Shown here piece by piece: positions 26,368-38,318 of a DNA stretch of 64,000 nucleotides (position 1 is its first letter; every line of letters starts with the position of its first letter). The stretch spans positions 5,329,092-5,393,091 of the forward strand of contig BDGG01000003.1 in the NCBI GenBank assembly GCA_001949185.1, given 5' to 3'. The stretch comes from Ramazzottius varieornatus. Its lineage: Eukaryota > Animalia > Tardigrada. Below the pieces are notes generated by a model. That model was given only the letters and a program-made list of their open reading frames with translations, ran no database searches and was not told the DNA's origin. Position numbers and translations under genes: made by a program.

Positions 26368-26690
26368 CTGTTATTTGGAACCAGCACGTCACCATCGGCA
26401 AGATCCACTCAAGAGAACGTCGCGTTCGACGTTCTCTTGTATGATTAAATCTGTTTGGAAAGACTGGGGCAGTTTCTCCCTTCTGCTTGTAATGCACTGT
26501 ACAAAAATTTCACCTTTTCCGCCTCATTCAGTTTCGCGTCATGCAGGCGTAAGCAAAAGGGAGAAACTGCCCCAGCCTTTCTAAACGAATTTAATCATAC
26601 AAAAGAACGTCGCGTTCGACGTTCTCCTGTATGACTGAATGACACATGAGTGGATCTTGCCGATGTTGTCGTGCTGGTTCCAAATAACAG
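26368..26690. repeat. Inverted duplication of the 3' end of GPCR copy 2
   Basis: 26368-26488 is the reverse complement of ~26551-26690 with one ~18-nt gap, separated by a ~60-nt spacer. Confidence 0.9.
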
Positions 26691-28542
26691 CCGAATCACC
26701 TCCTGCTGGAAGCAGGGATTGATAGCGTTGTAGAGGAATGGGTTCGTAGCTGCCGACAAGTAGGTCATAGTCTTGGCAAACAGAAGAAACCAGAGATCCA
26801 GCCATTGTTCTGAAGCAATCATGTTGTAGATTGGCAAAACGCAGAAGAGAAGCCAGGCGACGGCCAACAGCACCACAGTGACGACTAGCATCCGAAGATG
26901 CTAGAAACGAGAAAAGTATATATATGCCACTTTGTACGAACTACTGTGGCTTGGCCGAATCCTGATTAACTTTTAGTTGGCACCCGACAACCCAATATCC
27001 ACCAATGGTTACCAGCCGCACCTGAGACCTTGACGCTGCAGCGGAATCATGCCGTCGAATTCTACTGTGGGTTCCGGTTAGCGTGCCATATCCTGGCGTT
27101 TGCTCGTATATAGGAAGGGACTATGTAGAGGTTCGCTTCGAAAGCCTGGGGTTGTTGCTGTAGGTTGATGGTTTTGAGTCTCAGTCTATCCAGACAGAAC
27201 TGTCCGCTAGCGACTGCGACTATGTTACTTGGTAAACTTTCGACAGACTCGACGTACAAAGCCAAACTATTCAGAGAACCAGAAAATGCTACACCAATGA
27301 GTACTAAGAGGAAACAAACACTATCAATAGTTCTTCTAGGCCGCATACAGGCCTAAAAGCTCTATCACGTGAGGAACAGACGGCGCCTAAGCGCCATGTT
27401 GGTATTGAAATCTTCGGCGTTCTTTCGTAATACTCGAGCGATCTTGTAGCAGCACGTTACGGCTGCTGACAAGGGTAGAACGTGAAAGATAATTATTTCG
27501 CTGCTAAATATCGCCAAGTAGAGATCATTCGATAGGCGCTGCTCGCATCGATCCAGCTGGGGATGAGGCTCCCGTCTGCGCACAACCGTTAATCCCAGCC
27601 TACAAAACTAAGTGACTGGATTGGCTTTCGCCTAACCGAAGCTTTCAGGGTTGCACTTATTAGGCTCGGTATAACCTTTGGCCCCCGGCAGTTCCAGCAA
27701 CCGACGGTCTATGACGACCACGATCAGAGAAACTAAGCCAATTAAGAATCGACTTTGGGAATTACCACATGCCCCACGTAAACACTATGATTAGAAAAGG
27801 ATAGGTTGGGAAGCTTCGAGGTGCGGTTTTGTCTAAACTTGACAATACGTTAGCGGGAGTAGATTAGACCAAGTTTCAAAGAGCGAATTCACAATTTATT
27901 AATCCGTCATCGACAAATCGAACTGCGCTGTAGGAAACTCAAAAAATACCAAGATTTCAAACACATCGAAATTTGCACGGTCTTACTATCTAGTGTTCCA
28001 GCTCCTGGTTGAACGTCAGCCTGTTTCCAAACATGACAGCTATCTGAATTCAGAAAGAACGAACAGAACCGTCGAAAGATGGCAAGATGTAATACAGACG
28101 ATGTCGGAAGAAAACATTCCACACAGGTAAATTTTCGCAGCTTAAACAATCAACAGTTAGTCGAATCAACCACGGGGCGAAACAGCGAGTTTGCGATACT
28201 CATCTAGCCCAAGCTAGCTGACTAGCTCATTAAATCTGGTGCGCCAAAAGTTCTTCGGTTTGATGTGATGTGGTGTTCCTAGACACCGAAACGGCAAACT
28301 CGGTGTGACTCGGACACCAATTTTTCGATTTGGTGTTTCAAGCACACCGAAACCAAAAAGAGTGGTTTTTTTCGGTGTGGTGTGGTGAAACCACACCATC
28401 CTCAGGTCTAGCAGTTAGGCTATGGGTAGAACATAACTGCGGTTCAGACTAATATCTGCCTGGTAAGATACTACGATGTGGAAATTCGCAAATTCGGAAA
28501 TTCCCGACATACAGTGTGTGCTATTCGAAACTGCTGTAGAAA

Positions 28543-28701
28543 CTACTGTAGTGCTATCAGGTTATGGCGCACTCAACCACGTGAACAGTAAATGATGCCC
28601 AGGGGAAAAGTCACACGGACGACACTGAGTCATCTGATCGTACAGGGCACCGATGGCTTATCACGTGGTTGAGTGCGCGATAACTGGGTTGCACTACAGT
28701 A
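28543..28701. mobile_element. TA-flanked MITE
   Basis: tactgtagtgc...gttatggcgcactcaaccacgtga / tcacgtggttgagtgcgcgataac...gcactacagta. Confidence 0.8.
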
Positions 28702-28912
28702 CTCTGTTCAGTTTTTTGAATAAATCGATTTTCAATGCGATACACTTTTGAAGTTCAAAAGCGAGCTAGTGTTGCATCTTACCTGAGACTACCCGCATTC
28801 ATTCCGAAAACATTCAAGACTATAAACAGAGCACAGCCCGTTTCTCCCAGCAGCCACTGATTGCCAAAGTTGTCAAACGCGATGGATTCAGGCATGGCAG
28901 TGACGATTAGCA

Positions 28913-29119
28913 GCGGTGGTCGAGCTCGAAAATTCGAGAGGTCGGTAAATTTTTCGGGGCGCATGATAAGCCCTGTTTGGTCCGTGTTTAGGGGGCCCGA
29001 AACTTGGCCACGCCTCTGAGGGTGCGCTATCGGATCGAGTCAATGCAAACTAATCGCGCAGCTTGGTTTTCTGCCCCGAAAAATTTGCCGACCCCTCGAA
29101 TTTTCGAGCTCGACCACTG
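28913..29119. mobile_element. hAT-like MITE inserted in the TM2 exon of GPCR copy 2
   Basis: TIR gtggtcgagctcgaaaa / ttttcgagctcgaccactg. Degenerate TSD attagcag / gccagcag. Removing it restores ADLLLIVTAMPE. A related partial copy lies at 34367-34510. Confidence 0.85.
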
Positions 29120-31514
29120 GCCAGCAGCAAGTCCGCTATAGCCAGTGACCCCTGAAACATCCGAGATCCAACGCTCCAGGTGAAAGTTATCCGAATAATG
29201 CACGGTATGAATCAACATACGAGATAAGCGTAGATGGGTGCGTGCAGGGCTCAGGATTTGTAGACGACAAACCAAGACGAGATTTCCCACCAGGCCAATG
29301 AGAAAAATCAAGGTATGTACGGTGGTGGACACTGTTCGATAAATCCAGTCCGCGTCGCCATCCCGTTCTTCTGGTTCTGACCAGGTCGTATTGTTCTCTT
29401 CCGCTGAAGGAACATCTTCGCTATCGTCCATCCTGTCACTGCCCTTAGGCTACAAGTCTGAGTGAAGCATCCCGTCCCGGTCTCTCAGTTAGACGTTTTT
29501 ACGGCTCGCAGCTGAAACACCGACCCCCATTGAAAATCCAAGTACTGAAAACGTTTGGTAGTCCTGCCGCAGGTCGGAACAGAGCGAGAATCAGAACAAA
29601 TGCTGTCCTCCTAGGTAGTCACGAACTTTCTAGCTAGTTTCCGAGACGGAATCGTTCAGAAAAAAGAAGAGTTTCCGACAGTCGGCTGACTATTCTCTGA
29701 GTCTACTAATGCATTTGCGCACTGGAGCTCGAAAGCTGTGCGCATCTGCTCAAAGAGCAAATGCACCGCTGCTTCTATAGCGCGTATACACCGTTCGCGC
29801 ACAGGCACCAGGCCAGTGCGCTTTGGCCGCATGGCTCGACTGTGATCAATTTCGTTGTTTCTCGCGAACATGCTATTCGAATTGTGTCATGTCTGGCACG
29901 GCATTTGTAATTGATGAATTTCGCTTTAGTTCTTGAGGATGTTGCCCAAATCTGTCTTTTGCCTGTTCTGCAATTGCTCTGAATCATGACTGGGATTTTC
30001 TGGAGCTACGACGCCACTGGATTCTCGAAGTCAGTGTTGGGAGGAAAGGGACGGAGGGCCGGCGTCTCTACACTGGACTACTACGTTGAGCATGTTCGTT
30101 TTGGTTGGGTTCGGTTGCTACATAAAAGCGTTTGACTGTCCTCGATGAGCCAAACATCGTCGATGATTTCTTATCCAACTTTGTCTATACTTCAGGTAAT
30201 GCGCGGAACGAAACGGCGTCTACGCTGTGGAAGAAGGATGAACAACGTCGTCTCAGCTGACTTGTACTGCACATCAGTTTTGATTAGTGCGCTAACGTCC
30301 AACTGTTTTCTCTTCGCCTGGAATGTTCTGTGGTCGTGTTTTTAGATCCGCTGAGGTGCGAGTTTCAGGGAGTTACATGAGATGTCTGCTCTGTTCTTGT
30401 TTTCAGATGGAAGATCGTGGGTTTTTGTCGTTTTGTCAGTAAAACGTTCACTGAAAGCTTAAATACAGGTAAAGAATTAAAATTTCGTATAAACCAAGGC
30501 CCGAATTCGATTGGCGATGGCCACCTGGTTTTCGCTGGCACGCCTTTTCGAAAGCTTGTTTTGTCCTGTACTGTAGCACTGAAACACTGATTCATAATCG
30601 GACCTGCGTTAGGTCTTGAACCATCCAACCGCAAACTGCGATGGTGGTAGGTATCGGGCCCGAAACCAGTCAAGTTTCAGGCTATTTTTTCATCGTTTTT
30701 ATACCCTATGGATCAATCGGGGATTGTAAGACCGTAATTTCAGTTGACCACCGAGAAGAAACGCGAACGGAGGACCGAGAAGAGATGTATTTCCTCCATT
30801 GTGCCGTGCTTTTCCGAAAACAACAGCTCGCACTGGTGCCCGTTTCCAGGAACTGGGTGGCGGTTTTTGTATCTGTTACCGTTCGTCAGATAAACTTCAC
30901 ACTCCTTCGCTGCACGGGACATTGTCCTTCAGGTTGCGAGGTCGAATTGAAAGGTAGCTGGGCACGGTGTGATCACGTGGGATAGGGATCTTGTTCCGTG
31001 GGCTTGGAAGCCATGGATGGCAGGGTCCTTCAGCGGGCTGATTGGTTCCCACAGGCTCCAGTGTTGCAGTCTGTGACTACCCATGACTGAAGGGTTGACC
31101 CTGAACCCTGAGGGTCTTCTTTGCCTGCTCCCGCTGTTTCTTTCTTGAAAACTGCAATGGCTGGTCTTCTCTCCTTCTGCTTTGTGGTACTACTGTGTCC
31201 ACCCGCAAAGCAGTGTCATTGTGAATGTCAGATGGGCTAACGATGGCGCATCCGCTCTCCGTAACAGACTGGAAGTGATGACGCGTCTTGGGCATTACGA
31301 TGGATAGCGAGACGGAAAGCGTTTTAGACTTTACTGCTGGACGCCAGGAAAAACCTAACCGACAGCGGCACGCTTCAGGAGACCAGCATGGCTCTCGTCG
31401 ACAAAGTAATTCATTATTCCACTCAAGCAAACTTTCGCTATGAGCAGGTTGCACTCGGTCGAGGACATCAGGCTTATCAGCAACATCATTAACAACAAGC
31501 ACGATGAACAGTAC

Positions 31515-31752
31515 AGGAGGAGTAAGCATGTGTGACCCAGTAGTCTCAGACGGCGCATCCATAGAAAAGCATGAGACACTCGTAATTAAAATAAAGCCTA
31601 TGACGTAACGAAAACTTGTTTGAATTACAGTGTTGTCTATCTTACATAAAAAGTGTTTCTGTTAACTTAATGCATACTTGATACATGTCACGCCGTCTGA
31701 GACTACTGGGTCACACATTTCCTCACTGGGTCACACATGCTTACTCCTCCTG
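31515..31752. mobile_element. Tc1/mariner-type MITE just downstream of the GT32 stop codon
   Basis: ta|caggaggagtaagcatgtgtgacccagtagtctcagacggcg ... cgccgtctgagactactgggtcacacat...gcttactcctcctg|ta. Confidence 0.85.
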
Positions 31753-31764
31753 TAATACAGTAAT

Positions 31765-32856
31765 TTATTGGTTCACCTCATTGGTTTGTTGAAATGTTCT
31801 GGACAAATTGGCAAAGGGAAACGAGCTAGCCTCATCTCCTTCATCCTCCTCTTCTAGTATCCACCGGAAGAGGTCTCCTGCCGAAGACTCCATCTGCAGC
31901 ACATCAGTTTCGTTGAATTTTCTGTCATGGAAGTAAGTATGGAAGGCCGGCCTGTACGACCAGCCTCCCGTAGTTCTGCCATCCATGAAGGACGATATGT
32001 TGGCCCAGGGCGGATTATTGCAAACGTTATCAACCAAAGTGGCTGTCAGAGGATTGCCTTTTAGTATCTCCATTGCTTTGATGCCACTGTTGTATACCCA
32101 ACTATCTGGTCTGTAGTCCAAATCGTAAGATAGTTTTCTGACGAGCGCCGGATACTGCGCCTTTTCCTTGTGCAAACATCCGAAAAAACCCGCGTTCACT
32201 TTGTAACCTTCTTTATCGTACGGACTTTCAGCGCAAATAATGCATGGTGCAGTGTTCAGAAGGCGTCTCACTTCCGTCCCGTTGATGATGTAAACATCAA
32301 AGTCCAGCGTTAGTCCGCCATACTGGCGTAGAACCGAAAGCTTAGCCATGTCGGCCTCGTGATGGAGCCAACGTATTCGCCGACCCTGCATAACAAACCT
32401 TCGGGGAAAATACTTGAGATGTATAGCGGTCCAGTTGGTCACTAGTTCACTACAGGAATCCAGAGGCCAGTAGTCTATCACATTTGTGTGGATCATAACC
32501 TGGTCGGGTTTCAAGTTCTTCAGGACGGATCTCAGGCTGAGGCAGTCCAGATAGGACAAGTCATCATCTCTTGTTGGGCTCTGCGTGCGATAAAGTTTGA
32601 AATAATGGACCAGCAACTGAGTGTCACTGGTTGCAGCGGCTGTATCAAAGGTACTGTTGCTCGATGAGATGTTCTCGCCCATCGGTTTCTCACTAGGTAT
32701 CGTTCTGTTGTACAGTTGGAGTACAAAACGCGGAATAGTTGAACAAGGGATGAAAGATATGGGCAAAGCAGCAGAGAAAAATATCACTAGTAGAAGTGCA
32801 CCGACATAGCACCGAAGTGTCCTGGGACTGAACGGCTGAGAATCCTGGATAGCCAT
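31765..32856 (-). CDS. Intronless GT32-family (alpha-1,4-GlcNAc/Gal transferase-like) DXD glycosyltransferase
   Basis: 363-aa ORF with an N-terminal TM anchor. CLSLRSVLKNLKPD..IHTN and HEADMAKLSVLRQYGGLTLDFDV match the Gly_transf_sug D..R...L..YGG.YLD.D motif. Confidence 0.9.
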   Translation of the reverse strand: MAIQDSQPFSPRTLRCYVGALLLVIFFSAALPISFIPCSTIPRFVLQLYNRTIPSEKPMGENISSSNSTFDTAAATSDTQLLVHYFKLYRTQSPTRDDDLSYLDCLSLRSVLKNLKPDQVMIHTNVIDYWPLDSCSELVTNWTAIHLKYFPRRFVMQGRRIRWLHHEADMAKLSVLRQYGGLTLDFDVYIINGTEVRRLLNTAPCIICAESPYDKEGYKVNAGFFGCLHKEKAQYPALVRKLSYDLDYRPDSWVYNSGIKAMEILKGNPLTATLVDNVCNNPPWANISSFMDGRTTGGWSYRPAFHTYFHDRKFNETDVLQMESSAGDLFRWILEEEDEGDEASSFPFANLSRTFQQTNEVNQ

Positions 32857-34366
32857 CCGGCTTTATTGACAAAACATTCAGATTCTTCCTGTCAGTCATG
32901 GAAGGTAGATCGGAAAGGATGTAGTACGTGACCATGCCATCGGTATGAATGTCAATTTGTGGCTATACAACTGCGCTCAATACTCCATGCAATCAGAGAA
33001 GCACCGGCAGGAAGGCTCTTACTGCAACTTCGGTTTGGCAAACGACACGCTTCTGCTCCAGGGCAGCAACTGTAACACTACATTGCCAGAGTCGACTGAG
33101 CCTTTTCATGCTTTGCGTTCTCTCACTTTAGAGCTCGAAACATGGATTATCGCACGAGTTACACTCGGTTGTACATTCGGTTGCCGAATCTTTCGTTCTC
33201 TAGAGAAATTTACGGAATACCACCTACAAATGTTTATGGTCAAGTCAACAATGGCAACGGCAATCATGAAAGATCGACAATCAAAAGGTCCGACCGACGA
33301 CAGCTGTTAACTTTAAAGCTACATGTGCTATTCGTCATTGCACGACCATCCGCACGACATCCGAAATCTACGCATGTTTCAATCTAGAGCTCGCTGACAA
33401 ACGTTAATAGGAGGGGTATTGGTACCATCTGAATTGAACTGGAGAAGTCAGAGATGAGACAAATACCCCAACTGGGACCATCCCGGTCTGCAGACAGTCC
33501 AGACAATGTCCAGCGCCACCATCTCGGAACTCGGAGTATTGCGAGGCAATGGCGGCTGACCGTCTGCGTTCTAAACACTGCCCAAACTTTATCAGCCAGG
33601 AACACTTCTTCGTTTAGCCTGTTAGCCTTTCCGAGAAAAAGTCACGTCCGTGTAGGGAATGGCTGATTATTATATTAATAAGATGCAGTTCTCATTGATA
33701 CCAAACGAGGGATTGACCCATCCTGAATATCTTCAGAAGGGACGAAATCCGGGCTTAGTGTGATGCCAGCACTGAACGCAACCTCACGATGCCCCGTTTA
33801 GACCGACGGTTTGAATGGTGTCCTGCCGAATTTGCAAAGCGGAAGGTGTTTTGGGGCTTAGTGTACCAACTCTGCAAAGTTTTAGTTGACTTGCAGTGGG
33901 CTTACGTGAAAAAAGATTGAGCATACTCGCATTAGACTCGACCAGTACACGCACGATCGGTAAATATGGGACAGTGGAAATCATGTGGCGATATCCCAGC
34001 TCGTAATTTCCATCTTCCTTTTCTATCTTTCTAAAAGGGCGGAAAGTTTTGCGGAGCTTCTATCTGTGGTGGAGCGTAGCGGCTCTACCACGTGATGCCC
34101 TTGAGTATTGTGGGCAACCTGATGTCAAGAAGTGTACTTTGGAAGCGAAAAAGCTCGTACGCAAAGTCGGCCGCCGAAACTCATTTATTACGTGCAGAAG
34201 TATCGGCACCAGCCAAACTGGATAATGATGCTGTGGATAACGGAGCGTAATAAACTGCGTGTGGTGATAAGCGGCAGCGTGAGCAATTCGCGCAGATGAA
34301 TGGAACTTGTAGCAGTTAAGCATGGTAGAACGTTTGAGCACGAAGGCCGGCTCTCTTACCTAACGT

Positions 34367-34510
34367 CAATGGTCGAGCTCGAAAATTCGAGGAGTCGGCA
34401 AGTTTGGGGCAGATGGCAATGCTCTGGTTGGGCCGTGTTTAGGAGGCCCGAAACTTGGCCATGCCTCTTGAGCACGCTATTTGATCGTGTCAGTGCGACC
34501 GTATGGCGCG
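34367..34510 (+). repeat. Partial copy of the 28913 MITE
   Basis: tggtcgagctcgaaaattcgag...ccgtgtttagg.ggcccgaaacttggcca.gcctct is shared. Confidence 0.8.
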
Positions 34511-35272
34511 TAAATTGGAAGAACAAGTGCCGAAACGCAAGCCAGCCGTACGAAAACTCAATATCCAAGTTTTACAAAACCTGACTCTCAGCTCGTACTG
34601 TTTTGTATGCCAGAATCATTATGTTTGCCTAATACCAAAGCAATAAAAGTTGACACAAACGAGTAAAATACTCGGTTAATTGAAGTTACCAAACCACGTT
34701 ACCAACCCCGTTGCTTTTCCCACTGTAGCTAAGGCCTACTCCGCCCCTTTTGTGACGTGTACATTTTGCTTTCCGGACCTGCCCTTGTTTTCGAAAAAAA
34801 AGTGTAATCGGGTTTACGGTTAGCTAGCATTGGGAAGCACGGTGGCTACCCAACTATTCAAAGTTGGGATCCGCTTATGAGTGAGGCTCATTTTAGCCAC
34901 AATCGGACTTTCATCCGGCGGTGGCAACCTAATCTCTGTAATGTTGGGCCAGTAGCAGCTGAATGAGCTACGTGGCAGTCACTCCAAAGCACGAGTACAT
35001 CAGAGCAAGGCAGTGCTGATCTGCATTTACCGGCCTTGCACGATGAGCGAAGCAATGAAACACTGAATTAGTTGGCGGCATCGCCAAGTTTCCCTCAGTT
35101 AAAGCAGGTGTCCTGCTTACCTCTCCTCCACTCGTGAAACGTTTTTTGAGGTGTCAAATGGTGTCATGTCAGATAATCGAAGCAATCAAGTATGCCCTAG
35201 CGAGCGGACTGTACGTTTTTTCGAAGTATAAGCGGATGCATCTTCAGAGCCTCCAATAAAATGGCACACGGT

Positions 35273-35745
35273 CAGGGATGAGCAGTTTTGGAACGGCGTA
35301 GCGTTTTTGGACCAGTTTTCCGCTTCGCTACGCCAGACAGCGAAATTATAGCGGAACTGGGCACAGTCAGAGTTCTGAGTTCTGAGTTCTCAGAGTGCCA
35401 TTTTTATCCAGAGCGAAGCGAAGATGAGCTATAGCGAAAAAAGCGGGATTTGAGGAAAAACTGGGCCCTCTTTCAATATTCATCACGTAAAATTCGAGTT
35501 CAGCAGACTTTTTAGACATGTTTGATCTTGTTTCGAGCTCAAAATCAATAAGTCGTTAGTGTGCTAATCAGTTTCGGTTATTAAAAAACAGCCGAAAATC
35601 GGTGCTTTTTCTTGCACAAGGGAATTTTCTTTAGCGGTGGCAAAGCGGATAGCGGGCTCGTATCTTATAGCGGGTCATAGCGAACCAGTATCATCGAAGC
35701 TGTAGCGAAGCGGATTGAACCAAACCCCATAACTGCTCATCCCTG
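35273..35745. mobile_element. hAT-type MITE
   Basis: 15-bp TIR cagggatgagcagtt / aactgctcatccctg. The left flank cacacggt reappears on the right after a 7-nt filler. Confidence 0.85.
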
Positions 35746-35941
35746 CAGTGTGCACACGGTATGTAAAATACCTAGAACTGAAAACGAAGTGCGCCATGGT
35801 AGAACTATATCTTACACAGCAGCAACAACTGGTGGCGTTTGGTTCTAACAGATCATTGCTGATCTAAGGATTGTATAACAGATTGAGCAGAATTTATATG
35901 TCGAAGTTTCTTGTTGTGGGACCGACGTGGAGCCCGTCGGG

Positions 35942-37303
35942 TAGTGATGTTGGCATATATGAATATTACATTAAATTAGAACTTGTCAGATGCTTTTACA
36001 TCTGATATATTATATTAGCATTTATCAGATGTCTCGACCAAGGCAGGATATTTTGCGAGCTCCGCCCGAAAGGCTGGCCTTCCAGCGGAGCTTTAGAATG
36101 AATCGTAGACCACTTGAGTCATCGTAGAAAGCTGTTCAGGCATTCTATGAAGCCCTTATATTGGGGCAAACTATGGCAAGCCTGAGCTTATGGCGGAAGA
36201 TCAAAGAGACATTTCTTGGCACCGAAAGTGGTCTCTACTATTAGTCATCTGTTGTACGCACAGGCATAGTGCATTATTATACCCCGTTGATCGTGCAGTG
36301 CCGTCAAGTGGTACAATCAATAGGGTTATTAATTCCGTATTAGTCAATACGCCAACATCTTCGAATGATTAGTACAGAATTAATTGATCCAATCCGAAAT
36401 CACGACTCATGACTCATCAGAAACTTGGAAAAATTCGTCAAAAAAATTAGAAAATCAGAAAGCATCGGGGAATCATCCTGAGTAAAGGATTGTGCTCTGT
36501 GCTGTCTGGAGCTCGAGCTTCCTCTGATGAGTTTGCGATTCAGAGTCCCTTGGTTATATTAGTACTAAATTAGATGGAAGCTAAAGCCGAATATATTATA
36601 TTAAAATCAACTCGCAGGGCGCTCTACATTAAAACTATTAATATGCGATTTCGGCTTTGGTTGATTAGAATAACGCTTGATTTGCGCCAAGCGAAAGCGT
36701 GGGACTCTGCACAGTGCTCTGTTGGGTTGGATCATAATGCACCACGCACCTGCACATCAACGTATATTGACCAGCGTTCAGGCAGATACATTGATTGGCA
36801 ACTTCGTTTGATTGGATAGTACAGGTTCATGGGTCCGGCGATCTACCTGCATACTCGCAATACTCATTGCTGAATGCGAGGCTGTCTGCTTTTCCGGGTT
36901 CTGTTTTGCGCTCTCGAACGCTCTGTGTGTCTTTTCTCTAGAAATCACAGGGTAGTATGAGGATACCAGCATGGCCGTGATACCAGCAGAGTGTACGAGT
37001 TAACCATGGAAATCATGGAAAGCTGGGAAATCCCCCTTTGAAAGTGTTTCGACTGACAACGGCTGTTTCGACTGACAACGGGTCGAACATGGTTCCCTTG
37101 CTCTGTTCGCACACGGATCAGAAATACTATGATATATTATCATAAGCACCCGACGAAACAAGTTGATATATTAACATCAGATTATATTAACATCGCTCCG
37201 ACGTCGCGGCATATTATATTAAGATTATATTCGAACTCTGGCAGGTCGGCTTTATTGTATCTAAATTATATTAGGTCGAGATACCCTTACGCCAACATCA
37301 CTA
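35942..37303 (+). mobile_element. Internally deleted hAT transposon with transposase remnant
   Basis: TIR tagtgatgttggc / gccaacatcacta. Perfect 8-bp TSD ccgtcggg. Internal remnants YID..W.L and MEIMESWEIP...VSTDNGSNMV (hAT catalytic TDNGSN motif, ~37045-37095). Confidence 0.93.
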
Positions 37304-38318
37304 CCGTCGGGGGTGTCGTCAATTTGTAAAGCGGTCTGAAGGTACGTGTCCCAGTAAATGATTTTGCTCCAGGGATCCATTGAGAAAATTTCACGCATGG
37401 CATTGTTGTAAAAGATCATATTTTTGTTCGTCAGTTCTCTGCAAAGAAAGTAACTCTGGTGAACATACATGTACGAAACATCGCTGGATTCAATACATGG
37501 GCTTTTCAGAAAAACAAAGGCAAATACGTTCACATGTATAATTGTGCTTCTTTTGACGTGGTACAGTCTAGGTGTAGAACCGTAAAAGAATTCCATAAAT
37601 GTCGATATCGGTATGTCGTTTTCACCTGTGCGATAGTTCCAGATGCACAAGACGAGGTCCATCCACCAGATTCTGAAGTATCCAACAGCATTACTGTTTG
37701 CGAAACGTCTGAGAATCTCCATTGGCTCGGCAAAATTACTGTAAAATTTATTGTCATCCAAAGGTCCATCAAGCTTGCTTACCAACAGGTGGTCCATGCA
37801 CAATGGCATGCTCATGTCGTGTACGGAGCTCTTGATGCCTTCACCTTTTGAGATTTTTGACGCAGTCAACTTGGGTGATATTCTAGTAAATACAACTCTT
37901 CATAATCCATACTCCAGCCCCTATGACAATCTGATCCGGTTCCGAGGAACTACTTTCCAGTTTCCGTAATGCTTCGCCAAATGATCCACCATGTTCATCC
38001 ATCTCGACTGCGCGAAAAAACTCGATCCGCAAGTTGGCACTAGGGATTGTTCTAACTGTACTTTCGTGTTTCTTGTACAAGTGCTGATCGAACCGGTATA
38101 GCTGGGTCGACATAGAAATCGTGCTCTACCCCTCAGACGTGAAAAATCAATCCATCGCGTAGCTGTCGGATACGCGAGTCTCCCATAAGAACGACGTAGT
38201 TATCCTTCTGCGGGTGTACTGATCGCCTCAATAAACTATCAGCCGACTCACTGCAAAACTGCCACGGATTACTTTAAGAACTACGTAACCCGATAATTAT
38301 ACCGTGGAACTGCACATA

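Larger units (their letters stand above)
26595..29431 (-). pseudogene. TRH-receptor-like GPCR, copy 2 (tandem paralog, disrupted)
   Basis: Same exon layout as copy 1 (GLVGN, WLLGETGC, GMNAGSL, WLDLWFLLFAK, NPFLYN). Frameshift and stop in exon 1, TE in exon 2, and no ERY exon found between 27601 and 28780. Confidence 0.88.

Noticed and set aside
30700-31562. 161-aa ORF and adjacent coding-like sequence
   Set aside because: The ORF starts inside a MITE and has no recognisable motif.
32945-35200. Possible further decayed gene between GT32 and the CASD1-like pseudogene
   Set aside because: Only short ORFs with no motif I could assign.
37261-37869. 202-aa ORF as a stand-alone gene
   Set aside because: It is a fragment of the CASD1-like pseudogene that reads into the hAT TIR.
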